From positions 800,001-864,000 of the forward strand of contig CAVOXA010000010.1 of assembly GCA_963700285.1 (NCBI GenBank): DNA of 64,000 nt, read 5' to 3'. Shown here piece after piece: positions 8,729 to 18,857 of the stretch. The notes under the pieces are model-generated. The model worked only from the letters and a program-made list of their open reading frames with translations, ran no database searches and was not told the DNA's origin. The stretch's first letter is position 1; each line of letters opens with the position of its first letter. The position numbers and the translations under genes were made by a program. This DNA is from an uncultured Chloroflexia bacterium (GTDB lineage: Bacteria; Chloroflexota; Anaerolineae; JAAYZQ01).

Positions 8729-11224
8729 GTGACAGCCGAACACCGTCCTGCCAGTGAATGTCCCAGTTGTGGCCGTTTCATCGGGCCCTACGGCAAGTGC
8801 CCCTACTGTGGCGCGGATGTCGGCCAGCGTATGGTGGTCCGCGCCTTCAAGGTTGGCAGTCTGTTGCTGGCCATCGGCGGTGTGGCAGTGCTGCTATATG
8901 CCGCGAGCCGGACACAAGTTCCGCCGGTAGAGATACGCAGCCTGGTGGGGACGATGAACTGGGCCTACGTCCGCCTCGAGGGAGTGGTCACTCGCCAGCC
9001 CACCCACGATCAGGCTGCCGGAACCCTCAGGTTCTGGCTGTGGGACGGCACAGGCGAGATCCTGGTCATCGCCTACCGCTCCGAAGCGGAAAAGCTGCTG
9101 GCCAGGGGCCTCGTACCGGTAATGGGTGACAACGTGGCCCTGGAGGGCACGCTGCGCATCAAGGATGATTTCCAATACTTGGTCCTCGATGTGCCCCAGA
9201 ATACCAAAGTCCGGCCGGCTGAGCCGCTCCAACTGCCCGTCGCCAGGGTGGACTTGGGCCTGCTGCACCAAACGGTGACGGTCCAAGGTGTGGTCCGCGA
9301 CGATCGCGTACCCTACCAGGGCTTGCGCATCTTGACGCTGCGCGACGATTCGGGCGAGGTTGACGTGACCCTCGCTACAGGGCCGGACACATTCCTGGGA
9401 GACCTGCCTGGGTTGAGCGTGGGCCAGCCGGTGCAGGTGACGGGGGCCGTGGACCAGTACAAGGGCACGGCGCAGATATCTGTAGGCCGCGGGAGCGACC
9501 TGGTGGTGCTAGATGAAGACCTGGCTATCGCGCCGTGGCGCCAGATTGGCGAACTCTCGACGCGGGATGTGGGGGGCATGGCCCTCATCGAGGGAACCAT
9601 CGTCGGGATTGATCCTTTCTCCGCCGGGGTCAAGTGTAGTCTGGACGATGGCACTGGTACAGCGACCATGCTCCTGTGGCAGGACCTGAGCAATTCCCTG
9701 GCAGAAGGGCAGGCGCTCGCCGCGGGGACCCAGGTCCGGGTCCAGGGCGAGGTGGCGGAATACCGGGGTGAGCTGGAGATCATACCTCAGATTCCATCTG
9801 ACGTGGCGGTCCTGGCGACCGGCTCGCCGGTCGTTGACTCGCGGCAGTTGGGTGAACTGGGGCCTGATGACGCTGGCCGAGTCGTGGCGGTGCAGGGGGT
9901 GCTTCGCTCGCTGCAGACCTTCTCCGCCGGGGTCAAGGGTACGCTGGACGACGATACCGGCGCAGTGACGTTGCTGCTGTGGCAGGACTTGTACGAAGCC
10001 CTGCCCGACCCCGTGCGCTTGGCGCCGGGGGCGGTCCTTGAGGTACAGGGCAAAGTCACTCTATACCAAGGCGAACTGGAGATCGTCCCCAGGACCCCGG
10101 CCGATCTGGTAGTGACTGGCCTGGTCGCGCTACCAACGGACCAGCGGGCCATCGACCAGGTCTCGGCCGGTGATGTCGGCCAAAGGATAGAGGTGTCGGG
10201 CCAGGTTGTGGAGGCGGTACCCTTTTCCAAGGGGATCCGCTATACCTTGGACGACGGTACAGGTACCTTAACTTTACTGATATGGCAGAACCTCTACAAG
10301 CAGATACCGGACGCCGGCCTGCTGGCCGCGGGCGCGGAGGTCGCGGTACAGGGCGAGGTAGTCGAGTACCATGGCGAACTGGAGGTCGTGCCCCAAATGC
10401 CGGCTGATGTGCGGGTGATTGCCCCCGCTGCAGTCGCCGTGGCGGCGCCCACAGTGACTGCGGAGGCCGCGGTCTCGCCAGAGGCAGCGCCCTCGCCGGC
10501 CGCGACACTTACACTGGCACCTCCAACTGCGCCGGCCACGACGAGCACCGTCGAGCCTCTGGTCCTGACGCCGGAACCGCCTACGCAACCCGTACCCTCG
10601 GCGACGGCAAAGGCCACGCTCACGCCCTCGTTCGAGACGAGGGCCATCGGCGCTATCTCTGCCGGCGATGTCGGGCGTACACTGACCATCGCCCAGGCCG
10701 GGATCGCCGGGGTCGATTACTTTTCCGCCGGTGTCAAATATACGCTGGTCGATGCGACCGGCAGCATCATTCTCCTGTTGTGGCAGAATATCCTGGAAGG
10801 GATCCCCGAGCGCTACGACCTGGTTCCCGGCAGCCAGGTCCGCGTCACCGGGGGTGTGGATCAGTACACCGGCCAGTTGGAGATCATCCCTGGGGATGGG
10901 GCTGCGCTCAAGGTGCTTTCCAGGGGCGAAGGCCTGCCCATTGAAGAGCGGCAGGCTGGCAATGTGACGGCCTCCGACGAGGGCCGCATCTTTGCCATCG
11001 AGGGATCCGTGACCCATACGGAGAACAAAGGCTGGCTCAAGGTGTGGCTCGGTGATGGGACGGGCGAGATCCTGATCTTTGTGCCGGAGCGCACAGTGCC
11101 CTATCTGCCTTCCGGCATCGGAAATGGGGTGAGGCTGCGGGTCACCGGTGAGGTGGATATTTACCAGAACGTCATCGAGATCATCCCTCTGGCCGGGGCG
11201 GACGTTGAGGTTCAGGGGCCATGA
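8729..11224 (+). CDS. Membrane-anchored protein with N-terminal zinc ribbon and seven tandem OB-fold domains
   Basis: CPSC..CPYC, one TM helix, then seven repeats of V.G.V....LxDxTG.....W....G.xVxVxGxVxxYxGxxEIxP, with a Pro/Thr/Ala linker between repeats 5 and 6. Confidence 0.85.
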   Translation: MTAEHRPASECPSCGRFIGPYGKCPYCGADVGQRMVVRAFKVGSLLLAIGGVAVLLYAASRTQVPPVEIRSLVGTMNWAYVRLEGVVTRQPTHDQAAGTLRFWLWDGTGEILVIAYRSEAEKLLARGLVPVMGDNVALEGTLRIKDDFQYLVLDVPQNTKVRPAEPLQLPVARVDLGLLHQTVTVQGVVRDDRVPYQGLRILTLRDDSGEVDVTLATGPDTFLGDLPGLSVGQPVQVTGAVDQYKGTAQISVGRGSDLVVLDEDLAIAPWRQIGELSTRDVGGMALIEGTIVGIDPFSAGVKCSLDDGTGTATMLLWQDLSNSLAEGQALAAGTQVRVQGEVAEYRGELEIIPQIPSDVAVLATGSPVVDSRQLGELGPDDAGRVVAVQGVLRSLQTFSAGVKGTLDDDTGAVTLLLWQDLYEALPDPVRLAPGAVLEVQGKVTLYQGELEIVPRTPADLVVTGLVALPTDQRAIDQVSAGDVGQRIEVSGQVVEAVPFSKGIRYTLDDGTGTLTLLIWQNLYKQIPDAGLLAAGAEVAVQGEVVEYHGELEVVPQMPADVRVIAPAAVAVAAPTVTAEAAVSPEAAPSPAATLTLAPPTAPATTSTVEPLVLTPEPPTQPVPSATAKATLTPSFETRAIGAISAGDVGRTLTIAQAGIAGVDYFSAGVKYTLVDATGSIILLLWQNILEGIPERYDLVPGSQVRVTGGVDQYTGQLEIIPGDGAALKVLSRGEGLPIEERQAGNVTASDEGRIFAIEGSVTHTENKGWLKVWLGDGTGEILIFVPERTVPYLPSGIGNGVRLRVTGEVDIYQNVIEIIPLAGADVEVQGP

Positions 11225-12540
11225 ACTATCTGGTTCTGGTGGGCGCGGCGCTGGTCGGTACGGTCCTGTCGGCGTTTCTGTCCTGTATCCCGGCGCTGCA
11301 CATCTACAACGTGGCCGCCCTGCTGGTTGTCCTGGCCGTCAAGGTCCGAGGGCTGGTGCCCGACGAGCCTTTGGCCATGTTCATGCTGGGCTTGGTGGTC
11401 GGCTACGCGGTATTGAACACGATCCCCAGCATCTTTCTGGGCGCGCCGGACGATAGTACCGTCTTTGTCGTGCTTCCCGGGCAAAAGTACCTGATGGAGC
11501 GCAGGGGGTACGAGGCCGCAGTACTAACGGGGGTAGGCGGGCTGGGCGGACTGCTGGTACTGCTCCTTCTGGCCCCGGTCATGCCCACGGTTTTGCCCAT
11601 CGTCCGCAGGGTGGTCGGGCCGCACCTGCATTGGATCCTGGGGGCGGTGATCCTGTTCATGCTGATGAGCGAGTGGCCCAAGGGATCTGACCGAGGCAGT
11701 ACCGGCATGGCCAGGTTTCTCGACGCCTGGCGTTCGGTGGGGGCGGGGCTGCTGACCTTTCTGCTGTCAGGCATGCTGGGCTTCATCCTGTTCTACGGCA
11801 ACCTGGTGCCGACAGAGATGGCCTTTCAGAACCTGATGCCGGCCTTTGTCGGTCTTTTTGCCATGCCCTGGGTGTTGCAGAACATCATCTCCCGGGCCCA
11901 GGTGCCGGCCCAACACGTGGCCGGATCGGTGGACCTTTCGCCGGGGTTGATTGCCCGTGGGGTGGGCGCCGGCGCCTTGGGTGGTCTCTTTGCCGCCTTT
12001 TTCCCGGTTGTGACAGGGGGCATCGGTGGTTTTCTGGCGGGCCATGCCACTGCCCAGCGTGATGACCGGCTGTTTATTGTCAGCCAGGGGGCCAGCAAGC
12101 TGATCTACTATGTGGGGGCCTTTATCTTTTTCTTTGTACCGGGGTTGCACCTGACCCGCGGAGGGATGGCCTGGATGCTGAGCGTGCTCTATACGCCCCG
12201 TACGCCGGCCATCTACTGGGTAGCCATCGCGGCGATGCTCATCAGCGGGGCGCTGGCTTTTCTGATGCTGCTCTGGCTCAGCCGGGGAGCCATCCGGCTC
12301 GTGACGCACGTTGACTATCGGTGGATTTCGGCCGCGACACTGCTGGTATTGGTTTCCATTGTGCTGCTGCTGACGGGCTGGGGTGGGCTGCTCATCGCCT
12401 TGGCGGCTACGGGCATCGGCCTGCTGCCGGTGATGTGGGGGGCAAGGCGCATGAACTGCATGGGCGTCCTGTTACTGCCCCTAACGTTGAGTCTGGCTGG
12501 CCATGGGACGACGGTGGCTAGCTGGTTGGGATTGATCTAG
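11221..12540 (+). CDS. Archaeal-type TctA-like (DUF112) permease
   Basis: IPALHIYN, IPSIFLGAPDD..VLPGQKYLMERRGYEA motif; about 12 TM; ATGA overlap with the OB-fold gene; no tctB/tctC nearby. Confidence 0.8.
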   Translation: MNYLVLVGAALVGTVLSAFLSCIPALHIYNVAALLVVLAVKVRGLVPDEPLAMFMLGLVVGYAVLNTIPSIFLGAPDDSTVFVVLPGQKYLMERRGYEAAVLTGVGGLGGLLVLLLLAPVMPTVLPIVRRVVGPHLHWILGAVILFMLMSEWPKGSDRGSTGMARFLDAWRSVGAGLLTFLLSGMLGFILFYGNLVPTEMAFQNLMPAFVGLFAMPWVLQNIISRAQVPAQHVAGSVDLSPGLIARGVGAGALGGLFAAFFPVVTGGIGGFLAGHATAQRDDRLFIVSQGASKLIYYVGAFIFFFVPGLHLTRGGMAWMLSVLYTPRTPAIYWVAIAAMLISGALAFLMLLWLSRGAIRLVTHVDYRWISAATLLVLVSIVLLLTGWGGLLIALAATGIGLLPVMWGARRMNCMGVLLLPLTLSLAGHGTTVASWLGLI

Positions 12541-12568
12541 AATACTGACACCTGGAAAGGGAGGACTT

Positions 12569-13507
12569 ATGTCACATCCGTTTGAAGTAGGCAAGACCTA
12601 TCGGAATCGAAACGGCGAGTACATCGTGCAGGCCGTCGACGGCGACCAGATGACCATCCGCTACGTGAGTGGGGGAACACTGCAGACCAGCGCCGCCATC
12701 CAGGCCCGCATCTGGGAGAACATCCACTTTGAGTACCAGATTGAGCAGGAAGAAGAGAAGCGCAGTCTAGCCAGAGATGCTAGACTAGAGGCCAGAAAAC
12801 GCAAGGCTGCTGCCCAAAAGGCCCTGGCCGCACCCAAGTACGGGGGCTTTCAGGAGGGAGACTTTGAGCTTAAGAAGCGGGGGATCGCCTGGTCGGGCCG
12901 GGAGCAGGCGGGCAAGGCCCTGGCGTACCAATTGGGCCAGCGTGTCGAAGGGAGTTTTGGTTCCTGGATTGTACCCCGCAAGTCGCAGGTCCACGTGGCC
13001 CGCAAAGAGCACTATGATCGGGACGCGCGCGACACCAACGCGATGTTTTTTGTGACCGTGGATGAGGGTGGCGTGAACTATGGTTTCCGGACGGGCAGAC
13101 CCAACGGCAAGGAAGACGCCGGGTGGCCCTGGTCGACCCTCATAGCGATTCTGGCCGATGACAAGGAGGTACGACAAGCTCTTCGGGCGGCGATGAAAGA
13201 CCAGGGCCTGACCCTGGACGTCTATGCTGAGGAGATCAGCTACCAGCAGGTCGGGCAGATCCTGCTCGAGGGCAGAGGATTCCTTTGGCAGCACGAGACC
13301 GCGGAACAAGAGATAACGCAGAAGATGAACTGGAATCAACTCGTAGAATACCTCGAGACCGTGACGCCCAACAAGCGCTGCGATCTCTATCTGCGCAAAC
13401 ACCTCACCGCCGAGGCCGCGCTGGAACTGGGTGCGGCTGCCACGGATGAGATTGCCGGTGTCTTTGAATCTCTGATGCCGGTGTATGACGCCAGTGTGGT
13501 GGCCTAG
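12569..13507 (+). CDS. Hypothetical soluble protein
   Basis: Strong RBS GGAGG; 312-aa ORF with small N-terminal beta domain and a charged helix. Confidence 0.75.
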   Translation: MSHPFEVGKTYRNRNGEYIVQAVDGDQMTIRYVSGGTLQTSAAIQARIWENIHFEYQIEQEEEKRSLARDARLEARKRKAAAQKALAAPKYGGFQEGDFELKKRGIAWSGREQAGKALAYQLGQRVEGSFGSWIVPRKSQVHVARKEHYDRDARDTNAMFFVTVDEGGVNYGFRTGRPNGKEDAGWPWSTLIAILADDKEVRQALRAAMKDQGLTLDVYAEEISYQQVGQILLEGRGFLWQHETAEQEITQKMNWNQLVEYLETVTPNKRCDLYLRKHLTAEAALELGAAATDEIAGVFESLMPVYDASVVA

Positions 13508-13593
13508 TCGCGCTCCAGGTCTCAGTCCGTAGCTTTGTGCGATAGATCGGCCTTTTATCACCGCCTATCTCAGAAGCCTCAGGCCAGGCGTCT

Positions 13594-14115
13594 ATGAAGC
13601 AGTTGCGGGGTACGCCCCTCAAGCGGTTTTTGCGGTCCCTGCCGGCGCCGCTATCGCCGGCAGAGTTGGTTGTGGTCTGCCAAAGCGTGGCCTATCCGGT
13701 CAATGTCGGTTCGATCTTTCGCATTGCCGATGCGCTGGGCGCTGGCGAGGTTATTTTGACTGGCATCACACCCCGGCCGCCCCATCCAACCATCAGCAAG
13801 GTCGGGCGGAACAAGGACCAGCGCGTACCTTGGCGCTACGTCGAGCGGCCCGAAGCCGCCCTAAGAGACCTCCGGGAGCGGAGTTACTGGATCGTCGCCT
13901 TGGAGGTCACAGATCTGTGCCATCCTTACTATGGCGTGGACTACCCCCAGCGGGTGGCCCTGGTGCTGGGCAACGAGGATCACGGCGTCACCCGAGCATG
14001 TCTGGACCTTTGCGATGCGGCAGTCTTTGTTCCTATGTATGGTAGCGGCAAATCGCTGAACGTCCACGTCTCACTGGCCGTGGTTGGCTACCATCTACTA
14101 CACAGGCAACTATGA
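13594..14115 (+). CDS. TrmH/SpoU family RNA methyltransferase
   Basis: NVGSIFRIAD, VLGNEDHGV, VPMYG..KSLNVHVS SPOUT motifs. Confidence 0.92.
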   Translation: MKQLRGTPLKRFLRSLPAPLSPAELVVVCQSVAYPVNVGSIFRIADALGAGEVILTGITPRPPHPTISKVGRNKDQRVPWRYVERPEAALRDLRERSYWIVALEVTDLCHPYYGVDYPQRVALVLGNEDHGVTRACLDLCDAAVFVPMYGSGKSLNVHVSLAVVGYHLLHRQL

Positions 14116-14484
14116 GCGGAAAGCTGGTCATGAGCATGGGCAAGGACGGGCCCACCGCCGCATCGCAGAATGTCATGGATGAATATGGCCTTCGCGTCAC
14201 CCTGCGGGACCGACGGTGGTCTAGTAGTGCGCCGTGGCGTACATTCCTTCCTCTGATGGCAGGTCCGTCTACGATCCCCAGGCTACCTGGGCTGAAACCC
14301 AATACACGATCCGGCGTAATGTATCGTGCGGGGTATGCAGCCAGTTGCTGACTGGCCAGGATCGGTTGCAGTTGGGCCTGAGCTGATGCTTGGTGCTATG
14401 CCTCCTCACATGCCTTGAGCATCGAGCCGACCGCCTGAACGATCTGTGTTCTGCACCATGCCATAGGATAAAACCAGGAGAGAG

Positions 14485-15045
14485 ATGATGAGTGACTTGT
14501 TTGACAAACTAATGGAAAGCGCGGGACAGGTGATTTCGGAGGTAGACAAGGGAGGACAGATCCAATCGGCGGTTGGTGGCCTGCGCCAGCGGATGGTGGA
14601 TGCTGAGCGCAACCGCAAGATCAACCTGGTGAAGCAGCAGATCCGGGACCTGCAGTCGCAGGAGGCCCAAACCATCAGCGCCCTCAGCGCACAGGTACTG
14701 GCCTTGCACGAGGCCGGGACGCTCACCCAGCCGGAACTGAAGAGCCTGTGCAGGAACGTGGATGAGATCCGGGTTCAGATCCGGGAGCAGGAGGCGGAGC
14801 TGAAAGCGATACAACCTGTACAGCCCAAACCAGTTGCTAGCGCCCAGTGCCCCCACTGCGGGGCGTCCGTCACCGCTGAGGGTACCTTTTGCCAAACCTG
14901 TGGCGGTCGCCTGACCAAAGAGCAAAAACCGGATCCTATCCGCTTCTGCGTTCACTGCGGCGCTCAACTACGCGAGGGTGCGCGCTTTTGCCCCAAGTGC
15001 GGCCAGACGGTGCCGCAAGGCCAGGAAACGGCTCCAACATCATGA
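14485..15045 (+). CDS. Coiled-coil plus double zinc ribbon protein
   Basis: Heptad region followed by four CxxC pairs (CPHC, CQTC, CVHC, CPKC). Confidence 0.8.
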   Translation: MMSDLFDKLMESAGQVISEVDKGGQIQSAVGGLRQRMVDAERNRKINLVKQQIRDLQSQEAQTISALSAQVLALHEAGTLTQPELKSLCRNVDEIRVQIREQEAELKAIQPVQPKPVASAQCPHCGASVTAEGTFCQTCGGRLTKEQKPDPIRFCVHCGAQLREGARFCPKCGQTVPQGQETAPTS

Positions 15046-16079
15046 AGGGCATCGCCCATTTTGCTACGGGCCTCGCCGTGGCGAGTTTTTTCCCTGGCGT
15101 TGTCCACAGTGCAGCCCAAAGCTCAAGCTTTGGCTTGGTACTGGGCGGGCTAGCGGGGTTGCTACCGGATACCCTGGACTTCAAATTCTTTCGCTACTTT
15201 GAGCGGGTCGACGACGAGATCGACCCAGCCAAGATCACCACCACTGAGGGATACCCTGATCCCCAGGCCATGGCCCAGCGGATCGCGGCGGCCATGAACC
15301 ATGCCTACAAGCGTAATACCAGGACCAAAGTACAACTGCATACGCTCCGGCTGGGGACTGACCTCTGGCGTCAGTATAGCGTAACCCTGGATGCGGTGAG
15401 CAGGCAGGTCCTGGTTCGTATCGGACCGATTGTGACCACAGGGCAAGTACCCTATGTCGGCAGTGAGATCTCCGGTCTAGCACCTGGACAAGTGCAGGTC
15501 GAGGCGCCTATCCTGCATACCTACGACGCAGAGACCAAGATTGACATTTTCAGCGGCCCCTCTCTGGCCTTCGAGCGCGCCGATGATGCGGTCAAGGTGA
15601 CCTTTGTGCCCTGGCACCGCGTCTGGACCCACTCGCTGCTGATGGTGCTGCTTCTGGGAGCGATAGGCACCCTCATAGGCCCGGTATACGGCTTGGTCAT
15701 GGCCATGGCTGCCCTGGCCCATATTCTGGCAGATCAGATGGGTTGCATGGGCTGTAACCTCTTTTTCCCGCTGACCCGCAGCCGCGCGCCGGGACTCAGG
15801 TGGATGCGCTCCGGTGATGCGATCCCAAATTTCCTGACGGTTTGGATCAGCATGGCCGTCCTGTTTCTGAACCTTGACCGCTTTTCAGAAGCCCCCTCCA
15901 TTCCTGTATGGCCATACCTGCTGGGTATGATCATGGTTCCCTGTCTGTTCTTTCTCGGATTGGCAACATGGGATCGTCTGCGCAGCCACCGGCAGCCAGC
16001 GGCGTACCCGAAGAGGTTGGCTGTGGCAGCCATGGCGGCCGTCGAGGCGTTGGACGAAACCAGCGAGGTGGACATCTAG
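15042..16079 (+). CDS. Membrane metal-dependent hydrolase (YdjM/DUF457-like) with a large insertion
   Basis: MKGIAH, LLPDTLD, HRVWTHSL, HILAD motifs. Confidence 0.8.
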   Translation: MKGIAHFATGLAVASFFPGVVHSAAQSSSFGLVLGGLAGLLPDTLDFKFFRYFERVDDEIDPAKITTTEGYPDPQAMAQRIAAAMNHAYKRNTRTKVQLHTLRLGTDLWRQYSVTLDAVSRQVLVRIGPIVTTGQVPYVGSEISGLAPGQVQVEAPILHTYDAETKIDIFSGPSLAFERADDAVKVTFVPWHRVWTHSLLMVLLLGAIGTLIGPVYGLVMAMAALAHILADQMGCMGCNLFFPLTRSRAPGLRWMRSGDAIPNFLTVWISMAVLFLNLDRFSEAPSIPVWPYLLGMIMVPCLFFLGLATWDRLRSHRQPAAYPKRLAVAAMAAVEALDETSEVDI

Positions 16080-16115
16080 GCGCGATCTGTGTTATAATGC
16101 CCCCGGAGGTGATCG

Positions 16116-16559
16116 ATGAAACCAGGACGCGAGATCCCTGAAAGCACCCTGGCGCAACTCCGGGATGTGTGCAATGCAGACCCCTACCTGGCGGCTATCT
16201 ATATCTTTGGGCGGCAGCGCTCGGGCGATTGCGATCTAGCCGCACTGTTCACTGAAACTCCACCTTGGTCCGCGCGTCTCGATCTCGAGCTAGCCGTGGC
16301 AAAGGCTATAGAGCAGGAGGGAGTCGAGTTGATTGACCTGAGACGCATGCCCCTGGTCTTTCGTTTCGGGGTCGTCGATGAGGGAGAGCCTATCTATGTC
16401 GGGCAGCCCGAGGTGTTGGCCAATTTCATCGAAGAAACTATCGCCCGCTATGCAGCCTTCTATCCCCTTCTAGAGGCGCTCTACTGGAAAGTGGAGACCA
16501 GGCCGGTGCCCGAGGACATGCTGGACGACACACAGCCTGCCGCTTCTGGCATCTCCTGA
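16116..16559 (+). CDS. MntA-like minimal nucleotidyltransferase (degenerate)
   Basis: IYIFG..DCDLA, VELIDL..MPLVFRF..G.PIY; preceded by TGTTATAAT and GGAGG. Confidence 0.6.
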   Translation: MKPGREIPESTLAQLRDVCNADPYLAAIYIFGRQRSGDCDLAALFTETPPWSARLDLELAVAKAIEQEGVELIDLRRMPLVFRFGVVDEGEPIYVGQPEVLANFIEETIARYAAFYPLLEALYWKVETRPVPEDMLDDTQPAASGIS

Positions 16560-16684
16560 TAAGTGCCAGACGGCTTTTCCTTTTCTGCAAGCCCGCATCC
16601 AGTGTGCAGGCCTGTGCCCGATGCGCAGGCTCGCGTCCAATGTGCAGACCTGTATCCAATCATCACAGCCCAAGGAGATACCCA

Positions 16685-17308
16685 TTGATCAACATCACAC
16701 TGCCCGTCGGTATGATACAGACCAACTGCTACGTCGTTGGTTGTGAGGAGACCAAAATAGGAGCCGTCATCGATCCCGGTGGGCACCCGGAGCGCATCCT
16801 TGCCGAGGTGGAGCGCCATGGGCTGGACGTCAAATATGTGTTCAATACGCACGCTCATTTTGATCATACCGACGCCAATGGCGCCATCCTCAAAGCCACG
16901 GGTGCCCAACTCGCCATCCATCCCAAGGACATCCCTATCCTGCAGGCATCTGGCGGTGCGAACTGGTTCGGCGTGAACGCGAACATCAGTCCTGCTCCCG
17001 ATCTTGAACTCTCTGATGGCGATGATTTGGAGATCGGCCAATTGCGGTTCCAGGTGCTCCACACACCCGGCCATTCACCAGGTCATGTCTGTTTCTACGA
17101 GCCGGATGAGGGCGTGGTTTTCGATGGCGATGTGCTCTTTTACCGCGGCATCGGCCGTCACGATCTGCCAGGCGGGGACCAGGAGCAATTGTTGGATAGC
17201 ATCCAGCGCATCCTTTTTTCCCTGCCCGATGATACAGTCGTCTACTCCGGTCATGGTCCGGTGACGGCCATTGGCGAGGAGAAACAGCTCAATCCCTGGA
17301 TGCGCTAG
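16685..17308 (+). CDS. MBL-fold metallohydrolase (glyoxalase II/YcbL-like)
   Basis: THAHFDH, HTPGHS, FDGD.LF, YSGHG motifs; RBS AAGGAG before TTG. Confidence 0.93.
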   Translation: MINITLPVGMIQTNCYVVGCEETKIGAVIDPGGHPERILAEVERHGLDVKYVFNTHAHFDHTDANGAILKATGAQLAIHPKDIPILQASGGANWFGVNANISPAPDLELSDGDDLEIGQLRFQVLHTPGHSPGHVCFYEPDEGVVFDGDVLFYRGIGRHDLPGGDQEQLLDSIQRILFSLPDDTVVYSGHGPVTAIGEEKQLNPWMR

Positions 17309-17529
17309 CCAGGGATAGGGCAGAATGGTTCCCGCGAGCACTCGTTGCATCTGCCATCAACACGTTTTGTGCAGGATGAAGGTTAGTTTCCCATCCCACG
17401 GGATCTGGCCTTTTGCCATCGCCAGGTGCCAGAATCACTTTGACAAAGCCTGGTGACTTGGGTAAACTGTCCCAAGCAGGTTGGGCGTGGCAAATCCGGT
17501 GGCGGAACAGAAAACTAGACAAGGTTCCA

Positions 17530-18855
17530 ATGCGAATCCTACACACAAACGCCGCCTACTGGCCTTTTGTGGGCGGCGCCGAAACCTACTTGCGAGCCAT
17601 GTCCGAACGGCTGGTACGCGATGGACACGCCGTCACTGTGGCAACGACCGATGCTTCTGGCGTCCAAGGCTTCTGGGATCCTCACCAACCCCGCCTACCC
17701 CAGAAGAGTACGACAGTCAATGGTGTGCGCGTGGTTCGCAGTCGTGTGGAACATCTGCCCTTCTCGCCCTGGAGCTTCTATCTTTTGCGTCGCCTTGCCA
17801 CCGACTTGGCGCGGCTGCCGCGTAACACAGACGCTCTCCTTGATGGCATGGCTCCCTACATGCCCCACGTACCGAGCATGGAACGTGATCTGGAGGGACT
17901 TTCACCAGGCTTTGACTTGGTGCATGGTGTCAACATCTCCCTGGAATGGCCCCTTATTGCTGGTTTGCGCTACGCCCGGCGCCACGGGCTGCCTTTCGTG
18001 GTTACGCCCTTTGTCCACGTCGGTGAATGGAAGGTACAGCGTTTCTACACCATGCCTCACCAACTGGCTGCATTGCGTGAAGCGGATTGCGTCATCGTCC
18101 AAACCGGCATCGAGGCAAGGGAATTGATCAGCCTGGGCGTATCGCAGGAGCGCATCGTCCGCCTGGGGATGGGCGTGGACCTTGACCAAGTTAAGGGCGG
18201 TGACGGCACGCGATTCAGGGCCCAGCATGGCATTGATGGCCCGGTAGTCACCTTCATGGGTGCTGTCACCGACGACAAAGGAGCCGTTCACCTGCTGCGG
18301 GCCATGCAGCACCTATGGCGCAATGGCAATGGTACGACGCTGGTCATTGCCGGTCAGCCCGTGGCGCCCACGACTTTTGAGCGGGCGTACGAAGACTTGC
18401 CAGAAACGCACCGGCAGCGCGTTCGGCGCATGGGCGTGGTAGGCGGTCAACTCAAGCAGGACATGTTGGCCAGTACTGACCTGTTCGCTATGCCATCGCG
18501 AGTAGACTCCTTTGGCATCGTTTACTTGGAAGCTTGGGCCTACGGTGTACCTGTCATCGGCTGCCGGTCTGGTGGGGTCCCTGATGTGATCGATCATGGT
18601 CAGGACGGCCTGCTAGTCCCGTATGGGAACCAGGCATTGCTGGCATTGGCGATTGAGTCGCTTCTGGTCGCTCCGGAACGCCGTCAGGCCATGGGCCAGC
18701 GCGGCCGGGCCAAGGTCGAGGCCTGCTACACCTGGGACCACATCTATACCAGGCTTCAGGCCACCTACCGGGAACTGGTGGCCTTGTCTCATGAGGGGAC
18801 CCCTTCGGCAAGTGCAGGGCAGGCTCTTGGCTCCAGTAGTAGAGCAGGATCCTGA
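17530..18855 (+). CDS. Glycosyltransferase family 4
   Basis: MRILH..GGAE; DSFGIVYLEAWAYGVPVI. Confidence 0.92.
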   Translation: MRILHTNAAYWPFVGGAETYLRAMSERLVRDGHAVTVATTDASGVQGFWDPHQPRLPQKSTTVNGVRVVRSRVEHLPFSPWSFYLLRRLATDLARLPRNTDALLDGMAPYMPHVPSMERDLEGLSPGFDLVHGVNISLEWPLIAGLRYARRHGLPFVVTPFVHVGEWKVQRFYTMPHQLAALREADCVIVQTGIEARELISLGVSQERIVRLGMGVDLDQVKGGDGTRFRAQHGIDGPVVTFMGAVTDDKGAVHLLRAMQHLWRNGNGTTLVIAGQPVAPTTFERAYEDLPETHRQRVRRMGVVGGQLKQDMLASTDLFAMPSRVDSFGIVYLEAWAYGVPVIGCRSGGVPDVIDHGQDGLLVPYGNQALLALAIESLLVAPERRQAMGQRGRAKVEACYTWDHIYTRLQATYRELVALSHEGTPSASAGQALGSSSRAGS

Positions 18856-18857
18856 CT

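Noticed and set aside
14112-14351. 79-aa ORF overlapping the trmH stop
   Set aside because: No recognisable motif or RBS; cannot be supported as a gene.
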